A stretch of DNA of 64,000 bases from NCBI GenBank assembly GCA_002269645.1, contig NIVC01000546.1, positions 62,001-126,000 on the forward strand, read 5' to 3'. Below the pieces are notes generated by a model. The model did no database searches. It was not told the origin of the DNA and saw nothing but the letters and a program-made list of their open reading frames with translations. This document shows positions 29,650-41,805 of this stretch, one piece after another. The stretch is from Macrostomum lignano (Eukaryota). Every line of letters starts with the position of its first letter. Positions within the stretch are counted from its first letter, which is position 1. A program made the translations under genes and the position numbers.

Positions 29650-31745
29650 GATTTGTTACACTGCTGAAATGAAATAGACTTGACTTGACTAATGTATCTG
29701 ATTCAGTTTGTTTAACTGTTTTAGGTATTCATGACTTCATATATTTTAGCTACACCAGTGAGTTCTTTTCTGACTCTTTTTTCATTTGTAGCATATCCTA
29801 TCTTGTGTATTTGATTGCTATTTAAGAGGTATTGACAGAAGTATTTTTTCCTGATCTCTTCAGTTTGTGGACATTCGGTCAGGTAGTGTAGAATGTCAGA
29901 ACCATTTCGCGCTCCACATATTTTACATGGTTCTTGAGAAAAAAAGTTGGGTGTAATCTCGCATTTCAGTTTTAGGAGGATTGTTAAGAATTTTTTGTTT
30001 CTAAATGTACATGGAAAGTAATCTGAAAGGTCGGGCCTGCAGATTTTTTTGTAGAGATAGGCGTTTTTGTAGAGTTTAATATGTTGCTGCAATTCTCTAG
30101 CTTTTGGCTAAGTTCTCTTTCTCTGTGTATCTTGAGGTGCTTTTTCACTAGGTATTTCTCGTTATTAAAGCTTTGGGAAAGTTTATCTTCAGTTAGTGCT
30201 TTTAGGTCTATACTTTCTAGTTTCTTTAGAACATTCATTTTCCATGGATTTTTTTGGCCGGTGCTTGAGTAGAAAATTTCTAGAGTCGTTTGGCAGAGTT
30301 TTTTGTGTCTAATCTTCAGCCAGTAAATGAGGTAGGTTTTAGCGATTCGTTGAGAGATTGGAGTAAGATCAAGTTCTGATGATATCACACTGTTGCTAGC
30401 AAAATTTGGTAGATTGAGGAGATATTTGTAGAATTTCAGCTGAATATTATCAATAGCTTTTGTATCAGACATGGTAGCCAGAGGGCCCCAGAGCTCACAA
30501 CCGTAAGTGATAACGGGGGTAACAAGCGCGTTGAATAGTCTGCGAATGAGTGTGATGTCTAGGGACGTATTCTTTACCCTATGGAGTAGGGAAAACATGG
30601 CTGTATATCCCTGCTTAGTTTGGTGTTCAACACATTTTTTAAAGCTGTTTTTTGGTTCAAAAATAATTCCCAGGTATTTAAATTCATTTACTTCTTCTAT
30701 TTCTTGATTGTCGTAGTATATTTTTGTAGCAATGCTTTCTGTGTCATTTTTTTGTCTGGTATTGCCCTGCATAAACTTTGTTTTGCTTGCGTTTACTTTC
30801 AAGTAATTTTGTTTGCAGTAATTTTCCATAGTCGTAAATGTGTCTTGAAGTTCGTCTTTGTTTTTAGCTAGAATGGCTTGATCGTCCGCAAAGAGTAGGA
30901 TAAGTGGGAAAGCAAATCTCGTAAGAGAGCGCCTAGCGCTAGAGAGTTCAAGATATTCAACAATGTCGTCAATATATAGTTCAAAAAGAATGGTAGAGAG
31001 AGGGTTGCCTTGAAGAACACCTTTAGATATTGGGATTGGCTGGGTTTCATCATCATCATCATCTTTTTTTAAAATGAAGCAGGCATTTTTATGCATGTTC
31101 TTGATAAGTTCCATCATTTGACCTTTAATACCCTGATTATCCGTTTTGCACCAAAGGGTCGGTTGATTTAAGCTATCGAAGGCTTTTTCATAGTCAACAA
31201 ATCCAATAAAGAGTTCTTCTTTGTCATACATGCGCAACAGTCGGCCGAGTCGGCCGATCCGGCCGACCGATTTGGTGGCCAACCTTGGAAGTCGCAAAAA
31301 TGCCCACCCGAAAAACACCAAGTAGTAGTACTAAGTAGCTGACGAGGCATTTTTGCTTTGTAAGACACTCATAGTTACTCCTGCCATTTACCCAAAGTTG
31401 CGTTAATTGCATTTTTTACATGTAAGTCGCATTTTTGGCCAACAACTACGTCGCATTTTTGTTAAAACTAAGTCGCACGGCCGACCGAATTTTGAAGGTC
31501 GCGCATGTATGTTCTTTGTTGTGGATGGATTGGTTTATAATGTTGTAAAGATTAAAACATTGGTCGATTGTGCTGTGATTGGGCTTGAAACCGTATTGGT
31601 ATTTTGATATAAGATTGTTTGCGTATGCTAGGTTTTCGAGTCTGGATTTAATAATTTGGCAAAAGAGCTTGCCAAGAATTGGTTGAATGCAGATTCCTCT
31701 GTAATTGTTGGGGTCGGCACTGCTGCCTTTGTTATGGTATGGTAT
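29650..31745 (-). mobile_element. 5'-truncated non-LTR retrotransposon (LINE; RTE-X-like by C-terminal pattern), frameshifted and interrupted by a MITE
   Basis: NKG..DPNNYRGICI..LGKLF and QYGFKPNHSTIDQC (31745-31520) continue after the MITE as FIGFVDYEKAFDS, GVLQGNPLS, LFADD, FKYLG and VTPVITYGCELWG, then C-terminal CKICG..D..H.LTEC. Clade assignment is inference. Confidence 0.9.
31225..31511. mobile_element. Non-autonomous TIR element (MITE), TIR CATACATGCGC, 8-bp TSD TTCTTTGT
   Basis: TSD at 31217-24 and 31512-19; removing the element restores the LINE RT frame (..IHNKEELFIG..). An 8-bp TSD is consistent with the hAT or P superfamily. Confidence 0.92.
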
Positions 31746-34067
31746 ACCTCGTTCCTAATTTAATTTCCTGTCCACCTACAGGCTACACCTAGTCCTAGGT
31801 CCTAGGCTCTACCAATTGACATATCTACCATGTCCATCTAATATAATTCCTAATCCTAGCCTAGTCCTAGCCACAAACAAAGCCTATGATTGCATTGCCT
31901 ATAAGCCTGTCACTTTTGATAGTATAGCCTTGACCTATCGCCTATAGGGCCTACCTGCCTATACAATGCCACCTATCTACTAAAATGGTTGGTAGGCCTA
32001 TTTAGAGTTAGACAGATTGTCAATGTCAATGTAGGCCTAGCTTAATTGGCCTATAAACTACTGTTCTCCTTAGTAAACTCACATTTTGCTCTATACTATA
32101 GCCATGTCTAGGGCATGCGTTTAAAAATTAACAAAATCCCCAGTGGCACTATACATGTAATACACAGATGACATATTTTGAAAAGATTCATTTTGAAGAG
32201 ACCAACCGACAACGTCCCTATAGCAGTTTAACAATGTTAATAAAGAAGTTGTGGGTTAGGCAGCTTCCCACCCCACTCTACATACCCCGGCCCCACCCCC
32301 ATTTCCTGGCAGAAAAACAGTTTTAGAAAGAGAAAATTTTTCGTCTGCTCAGCAGACAAACTGTCAACAGACAAAACGACTGGCACCCAATCAGAGGGTC
32401 ACAGCTTACTTGCTAAGTATTCAGCCCTGAGGTGGGTTTCTCAGACTCTGAGTATAGTTTTCTCTATCCTATACTAGATTTCTGCCTTCTAAAGGCAAAT
32501 TCTTAGATTCTGAATCTAGATGTCTCGTTCTCTGAGAACAGGTTGAATTCTCTCAGTCTTGGGGTTTCTAATGCTTCTAAATAACAAAGTCAGTAAGTAT
32601 TGATCAAGCTTCAATTCAAGATGCTAGAATAGATTATAAGCCTAAAGTAAGTGGCAAGTTTTTTCTTCTCCTATTAATAGCTTATGTATTTATACTCATT
32701 TTCAGCAAGTTTTTAAAAACAAATGAAATTTTGTAATATTTATAATATTTACAATATATTGATATTATACTCATTAAAACAAAATAGCCTAATTTCAAAT
32801 GCTGGTAGAGATGTTTTAGTGGAATGATTGGATATCATGAACTATGAAAATAGAACAATAGCTGTGGGTTCACTATGTTCCTCATAGAACTCAAATAATA
32901 AAAAATATCAAAATAAATCTTAATTAGTATACCATTAGTATAATAATTAAGATGATCTTTTTTGTGTTTATTAAGTCATTGATATTGTTAAAACTATTTT
33001 TAATACTAAATTTTTATTGCCCTTTGTTTCAAAAAGTAGCATTATAATTTGCATATAATTCTTTACAGAATAATCCAATGCCACTTTTTATTCTAGCATA
33101 TACCCAAAATCTTTAAGACTATAGCTATGCTAGTAAGGTCTATCAAGAATATTCTTCTTAGTAAAAGAACTGCTAATGACTTGGTGTTGTAATATATATG
33201 TAGTGATACTATGGTGTCTTAAGGATTAGAAAACATTAGAAAATAGACCTTGGGTAGGCACCAACCAAACATTTATGGCCCAATTTTTTTGCCATGGCTG
33301 ATTGCTTGGCTAGTTCCTCCCTCCCCCACCTCTGGATCTGCCCCTGACTTCTGTGGCCCATGGTCAACTATTGGGGCCTTCTTTTTGCCAAAACTCGAAT
33401 AAATTTTGCAGCTTAAGCCATAGACTAATCTGCAAAAAACTGCATTCCATTTTGCCAAAATCAGCTAATACGAGTCAGCTAATACCTAGTTTGCACAAAA
33501 AGAATTTTTATTTATGAATCAATTCTTTTAGCATTTGCTGCTTGAGCCAAGTTTGTCACTTGCACTACTGAAAACTAACCATCAGAAGTCTATGAAAAAA
33601 ATGTATTGCAATAAAATGACACTAAACAACAAAAATATTTCTGTTTTCTTATACAAGCGTAAAAAACTACACTGCTGTCTTATAGACGAATCAGCACTCT
33701 ACTGATTATAGATAGCTATGAGCTCGTATATATACTGCCAGACTGTTCTTAAAGTGATTTTTGTGTTACTTTTTCAGAAAAAAATTTCAAGTATCTTACA
33801 CTGTTCATGCAAAGGCATCCCTAATCTTAGAAAAAGTGACACAAAAATCATTTTAAGAACAGTCTTGCAGTATGGCAACAATAAAATAAAAAAACTTTTG
33901 AAAATTATAAATGTCATGTGCTGCTACAAATATGATAATACAGCTTGATTTAGAAAGATGTCACAGTTTTGCTATCTAGTAATAACTTTAGGACTTCAGC
34001 ATGGCGGGGCATAAGTCTCAAAAAAGGACCCAAAAGGAATGTTGCAAATCTTTCCAGCCTCCCAATC

Positions 34068-37000
34068 ATGTCATCGGATTCCTCATCGTCTAGCGGGCAG
34101 CGCTGGTGCATCTGCCGGTCCACAGACACCGGCCGGTTCATGATTGGCTGCGACAAATGCGAGGAGTGGTTCCACGGCGACTGCATCGGCGTCACGCCCA
34201 AGCAGGCCGACGCGATGCGCAACTATTATTGCAGACGCTGTTTGAAACGTCATCCATCGTTGCGTATTGTTTGGAAAACAGCGGATCCCGGCGACGAGTC
34301 AGCTAGTTCGGGTCCTGCCGGCTCATCGACTCGGCAGATGCCGCCGCAGGCGCACCAGCAGCAACAGACGAGCTCCAGGTACATATGCACAGTGCCCTTG
34401 TTGATGTATTCTGAATTGACTTCTCAACTGGGTTTTGGGGTCACTGCTGGGTCAATACTGGGTTTTGGGGTCACTGCTGGGTCAATACTGGGTTTTGGGG
34501 TCAATACTGGGTCAATAGTGGCTCTTGAGGTCACTGCTGGTCAATACTTTGTCCTGGGGTCACTGCTGGGTCAATACTGGGTCTTGAGGTCACTTCTGGG
34601 TCTTGGAGTCACTGTTAGATCAATACTGGGTCTTGAGGTCACTGCTGGGTCAATACTGGGTCGATAAGAATAGATCACTACTAGGTCAATCAGAATGGGT
34701 CACTACTAGGTCAATAATGGGTCACTAACTAGGTCAATGAGAATGGGTCCCTGCTAGGTCAATGAGAATGGGTCACTGCTAGGTCAATGAGAATGGGTCC
34801 CTGCTAGGTCAATGAGAATGGGTCACTGCTAGGTCAATGAGAATGCGTCACTACTAGGTCAATGAGAATGGGTCACTGCTAGGTCAATGAGAATGGGTCC
34901 CTGCTAGGTCAATGAGAATGGGTCCCTGCTAGGTCAATGAGAATGGGTCACTGCTAGGTCAATGAGAATGCGTCACTGCTAGGTCAATGAGAATGGGTCA
35001 CTGCTAGGTCAATGAGAATGGGTCACTGCTAGGTCAATGAGAATGGGTCACTACTAGGTCAATGAGAATGGGTCCCTGCTAGGTCAATGAGAATGGGTCC
35101 CTGCTAGGTCAATGAGAATGGGTCGCAGTAAGCATGTCAGACTGCAGAGGACTGAATTCCTGTGGCACCGCATCTTCAATCTCTATTATTGAAGTTACTT
35201 CAATTCAAAGCGCGCGCGCCACCCCAGCAGAAGCTCGGCCGGTCCGCCCGCTGCTGCCCCGGGGCCGCAGTCTCGAGGCCAGGCCAAGCAGCCGAAACAG
35301 CAGCTCCAGCGTCGCAGACGGGTCCAGCAGCAGCAGCAGCGACCGTCACCGTCGCCTGCCGCCGCCTCAACGTCCACTGGCGCTGCGCGCGTCCAAATCT
35401 CCGAGCGCGCCGGCGCCAGGCGCCAATGCGAGGGCCCGGCGTGTCGGCGAGTCGCCTTGCGCGGCTCCGCATATTGCGGCAAAGCCTGCGGATTGGAGCG
35501 TGCCAAGCGCCGCCTGATCGACCTGCTGCCGGCCCGGCTGGCCGCCTGGCAGGCCCGGGTGCCGGTGGCCGAGCGGCGGGACTCGCTGCGCCTGTCGCGG
35601 GTTGTCCAAGCCGCCGATGCTGCAAAGTGAGCTGCCTTAGAATCAGGCCGGTGCCTAGATCTTACAGATCTCTAAATTAGTCTGCAGGCCAGTCACTCCC
35701 AGATCCCATAGATACTGTCACTCTCCCAGATCCCATAGATGCTGTCACTCTCCCAGATCCCATAGATGCTGTCACTCTCCCAGATCCCATAGATGCTGTC
35801 ACTCTCCCAGATCCCATAGATGCTGTCACTCTCCCAGATCCCATAGATGCTGTCACTCTCCCAGATCCCATAGATGCTGTCACTCTCCCAGATCCCATAG
35901 ATGCTGTCACTCCCAGATCCCTAAATTAGCTTGGAAATAATCAATCACTTTACCGTATCACGTTAATAAATCTCGCTATTTTTTCAGGCGCCGCCTCACG
36001 GATGGCGAGCTGCGCCATCGCGCCTTGGACCAACTGCTGGCGCGGGGCCGTAGACAGCTGCGCGGCGGCGTGATCGAAGAGCCGGGGCCGCCTGGCGAGG
36101 ATGACGTCACTGTGCCCTGCCCGTCCTGCTCACAGGTTGGTCCTGTTTAATTCAATCCAGCATCCGCTCCCTCAAATCCAGCATCCGCTCTCTCAAATCC
36201 AGCATCCGCTCTCTCAAATCCAGCATCCGCTCCCTCAAATCCAGCATCCGCTCCCTCAAATCCAGCATCTGCTCCCTCAAATCCAGCATCCGCTCTCTCA
36301 AATTCAGCATCCGCTCTCTCAAATCCAGCATCCGCTCCCTCAAATCCAGCATCCGCTCCCTCAAATCCAGCATCTGCTCCCTCAAATCCAGCATCCGCTC
36401 TCTCAAATCCAGCATCCGCTCTCTCAAATCCAGCATCCGCTCCCTCAAATCCAGCATCCGCTCCCTCAAATCCAGCATCCGCTCCCTCAAATCCAGCATC
36501 CGCTCTCTCAAATCCAGCATCCGCTCTCTCAAATCCAGCATCTGCTCCCTCAAATCCAATGAGGAAGTCGAGGCCGCTGTACACTCTGTTTAGTGTGCTT
36601 GAGAGTGCTTTGTGCCCCCTGCAAATAAACAAACAATCAAACAAATACGCTCGTAAATTCAACTAGCTATTGTCTGGGTCCACCCCCTCCCCGCCAGGAA
36701 ACGCCTGTCCGGTCGGCTCTGCGCCACCTGCTGAAGTGCCAGCAGCGAATCGAGTCCCGCACCAGCTTCGGCGCTCCCTATCCCTCCCAGATGGACGGAA
36801 CGCCTCTGTTCTGCGATCGGTACTGTCCGGCTAGCAGGGCCTACTGCAAAAAGCTGGCCGTCCTCTGTCCGGATCACTACCGGCCAGACGCGTCCGAGAC
36901 TGGAGACGCCTGCGGCTGTCCGCTGACGGACGACGAGTTGGCCGGACCGCTTTGTCCGGTTGCTAGGTAACGGATTTTTTTGCTGTTAAGCAGTTAAACT

Positions 37001-37910
37001 GTCTTGGTTGCTAGGTAGATAGAAAATAACTAATTGGTAATGAGAGGTCATGTTGATTATTTCTGGTTGCTATGGTAACTGATTGGTTATGAGAGGCCAG
37101 GTTGATCAGTTCTGGTTGCTGTGGTAACTGATTAGTTATGAGAGGCCAGGTTGATCAGTTCTGGTTGCTGTGGTAACTGATTAGTTATGAGAGGCCAGGT
37201 TGATCAGTTCTGGTTGCTGTGGTAACTGATTAGTTATGAGAGGCCAGGTTGATCAGTTCTGGTTGCTGTGGTAACTGATTAGTTATGAGAGGCCAGGTTG
37301 ATCAGTTCTGGTTGCTGTGGTAACTGATTGGTTATGAGAGGCCAGGTTGATCAGTTCTGGTTGCTATGGTAACTGATTAGTTATGGGAGGTCATGTTGAT
37401 TGTTTCTGGTTGCTATGGTAACTGATTAGTTATGAGAGGCCAGGTTGATCAGTTCTGGTTGCTATGATAACTGATTGGTTATGAGGTCATGTTTATTACT
37501 TCTTGTTGCTATGGTAACTAATTGGGGGCATCTACCAACCTAGCAACCAGGTGAGCCAACTCTGGTTGCTAGATATAGTTTAGCCGATATGTAATGAATT
37601 TCGGATTCCGACAGTTTCCGTCTACCACTCCGTTCCCCACGCATCGCCCTGTCGCAGGCAAAAGTGCACGCGCCACTTTGCCTGGGCCAGAATGCGCCGC
37701 GCCGAGATCGACATCGACCGGATGCGGCAGCTGATGCGCCTAGAGGAGCTGCTATTCGAAGAGCGGGCGATTCGCCAGGCGATGATGCAGCGCGGCGGCG
37801 CGGTCAGCCTCCTGTTGCACTCGACTATCGACCACCAGCCTGGCTTCAACCTGCCAGTTGTTGAAGCGCCCAGCATCGGGCTGCGGGTGCCGCCAAACCA
37901 TATTCTTTAA
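34068..37910 (+). CDS. CXXC1: CXXC1/CFP1-like COMPASS subunit; exons 34068-34378, 35228-35626, 35988-36135, 36698-36966, 37658-37910
   Basis: PHD WCICRS...FMIGCDKCEEWFHGDCIG..YYCRRC; QCEGPAC...YCGKACG; ESRTSFG..Y...LFCD.Y..YCKKL.VLCPDH; C.RH..W..MRRAEID...RLEEL..EER..R.AM..RGG..LLLHST, all aligning by eye to CFP1. Splice phases 2,2,0,2 are consistent; the exon 2 acceptor is the least certain. Confidence 0.92.
34430..35123. repeat. CXXC1 intron 1: degenerate 30-bp array (34430-34665) grading into a 25-bp array (GGTCACTGCTAGGTCAATGAGAATG)
   Basis: Both arrays share GGTCACTGCT.GGTCAAT. Confidence 0.93.
35690..35920. repeat. CXXC1 intron 2: 27-bp minisatellite (GTCACTCTCCCAGATCCCATAGATGCT)
   Basis: About 8 tandem copies. 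Confidence 0.95.
36154..36558. repeat. CXXC1 intron 3: 21-bp minisatellite (CTCAAATCCAGCATCCGCTCY)
   Basis: About 19 tandem copies. Confidence 0.96.
37040..37520. repeat. CXXC1 intron 4: 49-bp minisatellite, each unit carrying GTTGCTRTGGTAAC
   Basis: About 10 units with 49-bp period. Confidence 0.95.
37066..37518. promoter_or_regulatory. Candidate tandem RFX X-box array upstream of CCDC61
   Basis: GTTGCTATGGTAAC at 37066, 37360, 37409 and 37505; GTTGCTGTGGTAAC at 37115, 37164, 37213, 37262 and 37311; close to the X-box palindrome GTTGCCATGGCAAC. Function untested. Confidence 0.4.
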
Positions 37911-38249
37911 CGTTCATTTGCGCATCGCTAAAAATCTTATATTAGGCAATGCCCGATATGTATAGAAATAATTAAAGTAAACTGGAATTTTCACTGAATT
38001 TTTTAATTGTAATGTTTCTTCTAAAGCATTCTATAATTTAATAATTTCGACAACTCAAGCAAATAAATCCATGCATTTTTATTTATGTAATGTTAAATAT
38101 GTTAATAAATTACGTGGCTTAGTAAATTTCTTACTTGTCTTTTCTTAGCGTTTTTTGGTTGCAATAGATGCTCACGGAATGCCGTGTTAGTGAAGCAACT
38201 TTACTGTGTTGCGTCCCTTAACTTGTACTTTATTCTAGCAATGAAAGTC

Positions 38250-38394
38250 TATCCCTCTGTTATCTATCTACCTATCTGCTTGTCTATCTATCCATCTATC
38301 TATCTATCCATCTATCTATCCATCTGTCTATCTATCTATCCATCTATCTATCCATCTGTCTATCTATCTATCCATCTATCTATCTATCTGCCTG

Positions 38395-38437
<43 letters not shown>

Positions 38438-38442
38438 GCCTG

Positions 38443-38481
<39 letters not shown>

Positions 38482-38486
38482 GCCTG

Positions 38487-38538
<52 letters not shown>

Positions 38539-38542
38539 CCTG

Positions 38543-38584
<42 letters not shown>

Positions 38585-38598
38585 CATCTATCTTTCTG

Positions 38599-38645
<47 letters not shown>

Positions 38646-38646
38646 G

Positions 38647-38683
<37 letters not shown>
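38250..38683. repeat. Degenerate (TATC)n microsatellite between CXXC1 and CCDC61
   Basis: Seen directly. Confidence 0.97.
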
Positions 38684-38684
<1 letters not shown>

Positions 38685-38818
38685 GCATGCCCTGTATTCA
38701 TGCGATCGCAGATTCAAATCCAGGAGCTTTGCAGAGCCAACATATCTTATATTCATGTATAATCTTTAGTTTTCATTTAACATTGCTGATAGCATCCAGT
38801 ATCTGATCTTCATCATCA

Positions 38819-40801
38819 ATGCAGCAGCAGCAGCAGTTGCAGACGGCCAGTGGCCGGTTTTACCTTCGCGGCCGTCAGCTTTCTGTGTCAGTCTCGGCCA
38901 GTCCGGACGCCCTAACGGCCGAGGTTGAGTCGGCCGGCCGACTTTGGGCGGGAGAATTCGAGGCGGCCTACCTGGAGGAGCTGACCAGGAAGACCGGCAG
39001 CTACAAGCGGTTCGAGGTGTTCGTGGGCATGCTGCTGTCGGCTGTGGGCGAGCAGCAGCAACAGCAGAAGCAGAAAAAGAAAAAGCAGCACCAGGATGAA
39101 GCTGAGCAGCTCTCTCTAGACCTGATGACGCTGGAAGATCTGCGAGCCCTGCGAGCTCAGCGACTTGGCGAAGCGGATTCTGCGGCAGCGGCAACGCCGC
39201 GGTCTGGCGCAGGCGGCGATGGCGGCAAGCGCTACCTGATCCTGACCTACCGCACCCGCTTCGATCAGGTGCACTACCCGCTGGCGCTAGCCCACCAGGG
39301 CCGCGTCAGCCGAGCTGGCGCTGACAGACATCGTCAGGATCAACGAGACTGTGTCGACGCAGCATTGACCTCAAGCGACGTCGACGCAGCCAATGAAGCT
39401 GAGCAGAACGGCAACGGCGAGACGGCGCGCTCTCTTGCCGCCGAGAACGCGCACTTGCGCGCCGAATTGGCGCTAATGCGGCGCCGACTAACCGCGGCCG
39501 AAGCAGCCTCGGCAAAGCAGAAGCGCCAGGCTGATGAGCTCCGAGCCGGCGAGCGGCTGCTCCGCCTGCGGATTCGCCAGCTGACGCACGAGCTGGCGCT
39601 GCTGCGCAGGGCGCCGCCGTCTCAGTCGGGGTCCAGGTTCACTTCGCCCGTCGGTGGTCGCCGGGCAGCCAGTCGCCCAGCCTCGGCTGGCAATTCGCCA
39701 TCGCCTTCGCCAAGAGTGCGAGATCAGAGGAACTATAGTTACCAGCAGCAGCAGCAGCAGCAGCAGCAGTATGCCCGCTATCAGAGGCGTCGGTCGCCTT
39801 CGCCCAGACCACCGCAGCCGCCAGCTGCGACTCCGCGATCGGCGAGGCAGCCCAGGAGCGGCTACGTCGTCCCGTTGCAGCGAGGTAAATTTTTTTACCG
39901 CTAAAAATATGGAGCCCGTTCTATAAAGCCATCGTAAGATAAGATCGTTCTTAGCTCTTATCTCCGAAGTCATACACAACGCTCACGCAGGGTGTACATC
40001 GGCCCTTGACTTTCTAATCATCAGACATGTACCTTATGGGCTGGCCCAACCCGCCGGCTAAATTTTCGTGCGCACCAGCCCCTTGAATGAATGCGATGCA
40101 TAAAGCAGGCTTTATCGTCAGACAAGGGACACAGGAGGTCAGGATTTTGGAATCATATGGGGTTATTAGGATGGGAATTTACAGTAGTCAAATGGGTTAG
40201 ATGGATCAGAGGTGACGCGGTTCCATACCTGGTCACTGCAGTTATTCAGAGGCCGAATGGGTCGTTCACCCCCGCAGAGCTTGCATCTTCTGCCAGGCAG
40301 CCGCCGCAGCAGCAGCAGCGCAGGCGGCCCCGCTCCAACTCCTGCCCCCGCTTCGATCCCACCGCCTACGTCGCCGATGTCGAACGGCGTCGTCAGGAGA
40401 GCCGCGAACGCCGTCGACGCGACATCGCCGATCGGATTCGGCTGGCCGGCGCGCCGTCGCCTCCGCCCTCGGTGGCCTCGTCGACCTCCGGACGCGGCGG
40501 CGTCAAACGAAGAGTCACCGTCGGCTTAGAGGATTCCTTCGACGGCGGCGTCGGCAGCTTTGACGACTTGCTGGACAATGGTGACTTTGGCGACGAAGCT
40601 GACAGCGTCCAGTTGGGCAGCTTCAACTTGTCCTCGCGACGGCGCTCTCGACCGCGCCAGCCGCGCTCTTCGGCGAGAAAGAAAACCCCGGCTTCGGCGG
40701 CAGCCACGGCAGTTGAAGGCTACGAAGATGACATTCAGCAGATTGACGAGCGACTGGACCGGCTGCAGAGCTTCTTGAACAAGACGCTGCTCATTCACTG
40801 A
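38819..40801 (+). CDS. CCDC61: Coiled-coil domain-containing protein 61 (VFL3; centriole/basal-body protein); exons 38819-39884 and 40242-40801
   Basis: W.GEF.A.YLEELTRKTG.YKRF..F..ML.SA, LSLDL.T..DL, KRYLIL.Y..FD.VHYPL.L..QG head domain, coiled coil, RFDPTAYV and C-terminal IDERL..LQ.F match CCDC61. Phase-1 intron GTAAAT...CTGCAG. Confidence 0.92.
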
Positions 40802-40959
40802 GCTTGATTGCAACCTTTAAAGATGCATTCTAGATAGCAAGATGTTTCCAGGACACTTCACCGCATCACATTGCATAGCACGCTGCTTAGATAAAGACCC
40901 AACAGGCCATATCGGGTCACTGGAGTCAAGGTGGGACACAGGGGTCATGTCAGGACACT

Positions 40960-41805
40960 GAAGTCACAGTAGTGCACAGGGGTCATATCAGGACACTGAA
41001 ATCACAGTGGGATACAGCGTTCATATCAAAACACAGAGGCCATATCAGGACACGTGGGTCATATCAAAACACAGAGGTCATATCAGGACACGTGGGTCAT
41101 ATCAAGACACAGAAGTCATATCAGGACACGTGGGTCATATCAAGACACAGAAGTCATATCAGGACACGTGGGTCATATCAAAACACAGAGGTCATATCAG
41201 GACACGTAGGTCATATCAAAACACAGAGGTCATATCAGGACACGTGGATCATATCAAAACACAAGGGTCATATCAGGACACGTAGGTCATATCAAAACAT
41301 AGAGGTCATATCAGGAGACGTAGGTCATATCAAAACATAGAGGTCATATCAGGACACGTGGGTCATATCAGGACACGTGGGTCATATCAGGACACGTGGG
41401 TCATATCAGGACACGTAGGTCATATCAAAACATAGAGGTCATATTAGGACACGTGGGTCATATCAAAACACAGGTCATATCAGGACACGTGGGTCATATC
41501 AGGACACGTGGGTCATATCAAGACACAGAAGTCATATCAGGACACGTGGGTCATATCAAAACACAGAGGTCATATCAGGACACGTGAGTCATATCAGGAC
41601 GTGGGTCATATCAAGACACAGGTCATATCAGGACACGTGGGTCATATCAGGACACGTAGGTCATATTAAAACATAGAGGTCATATTAGGACACGTGGGTC
41701 ATATCAAAACACAGAGGTCATATCAGGACACGTGAGTCATATCAGGACACGTGGGTCATATCAAGACACAGGTCATATCAGGACACGTGGGTCATATCAA
41801 GACCA
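40960..41805. repeat. 19-bp dimeric (38-bp higher-order) minisatellite GTCATATCAGGACACGTGG / GTCATATCAAAACACAGAG
   Basis: Alternating related 19-mers. Confidence 0.94.

Noticed and set aside
29984-31321. ORF N-terminus MVFFGWAFLRLPRL... as part of the RT
   Set aside because: Those codons come from the inserted MITE; the true RT frame continues beyond 31519.
33969-34667. ORF extension with ILGFGVTAGS repeats as a Gly-rich protein domain
   Set aside because: It is read-through past the GT donor at 34379 into the 30-bp intronic repeat.
35134-40813. Many overlapping GC-rich ORFs on both strands around CXXC1 and CCDC61
   Set aside because: Shadow frames of GC-rich exons; only one frame per exon carries the conserved motifs.
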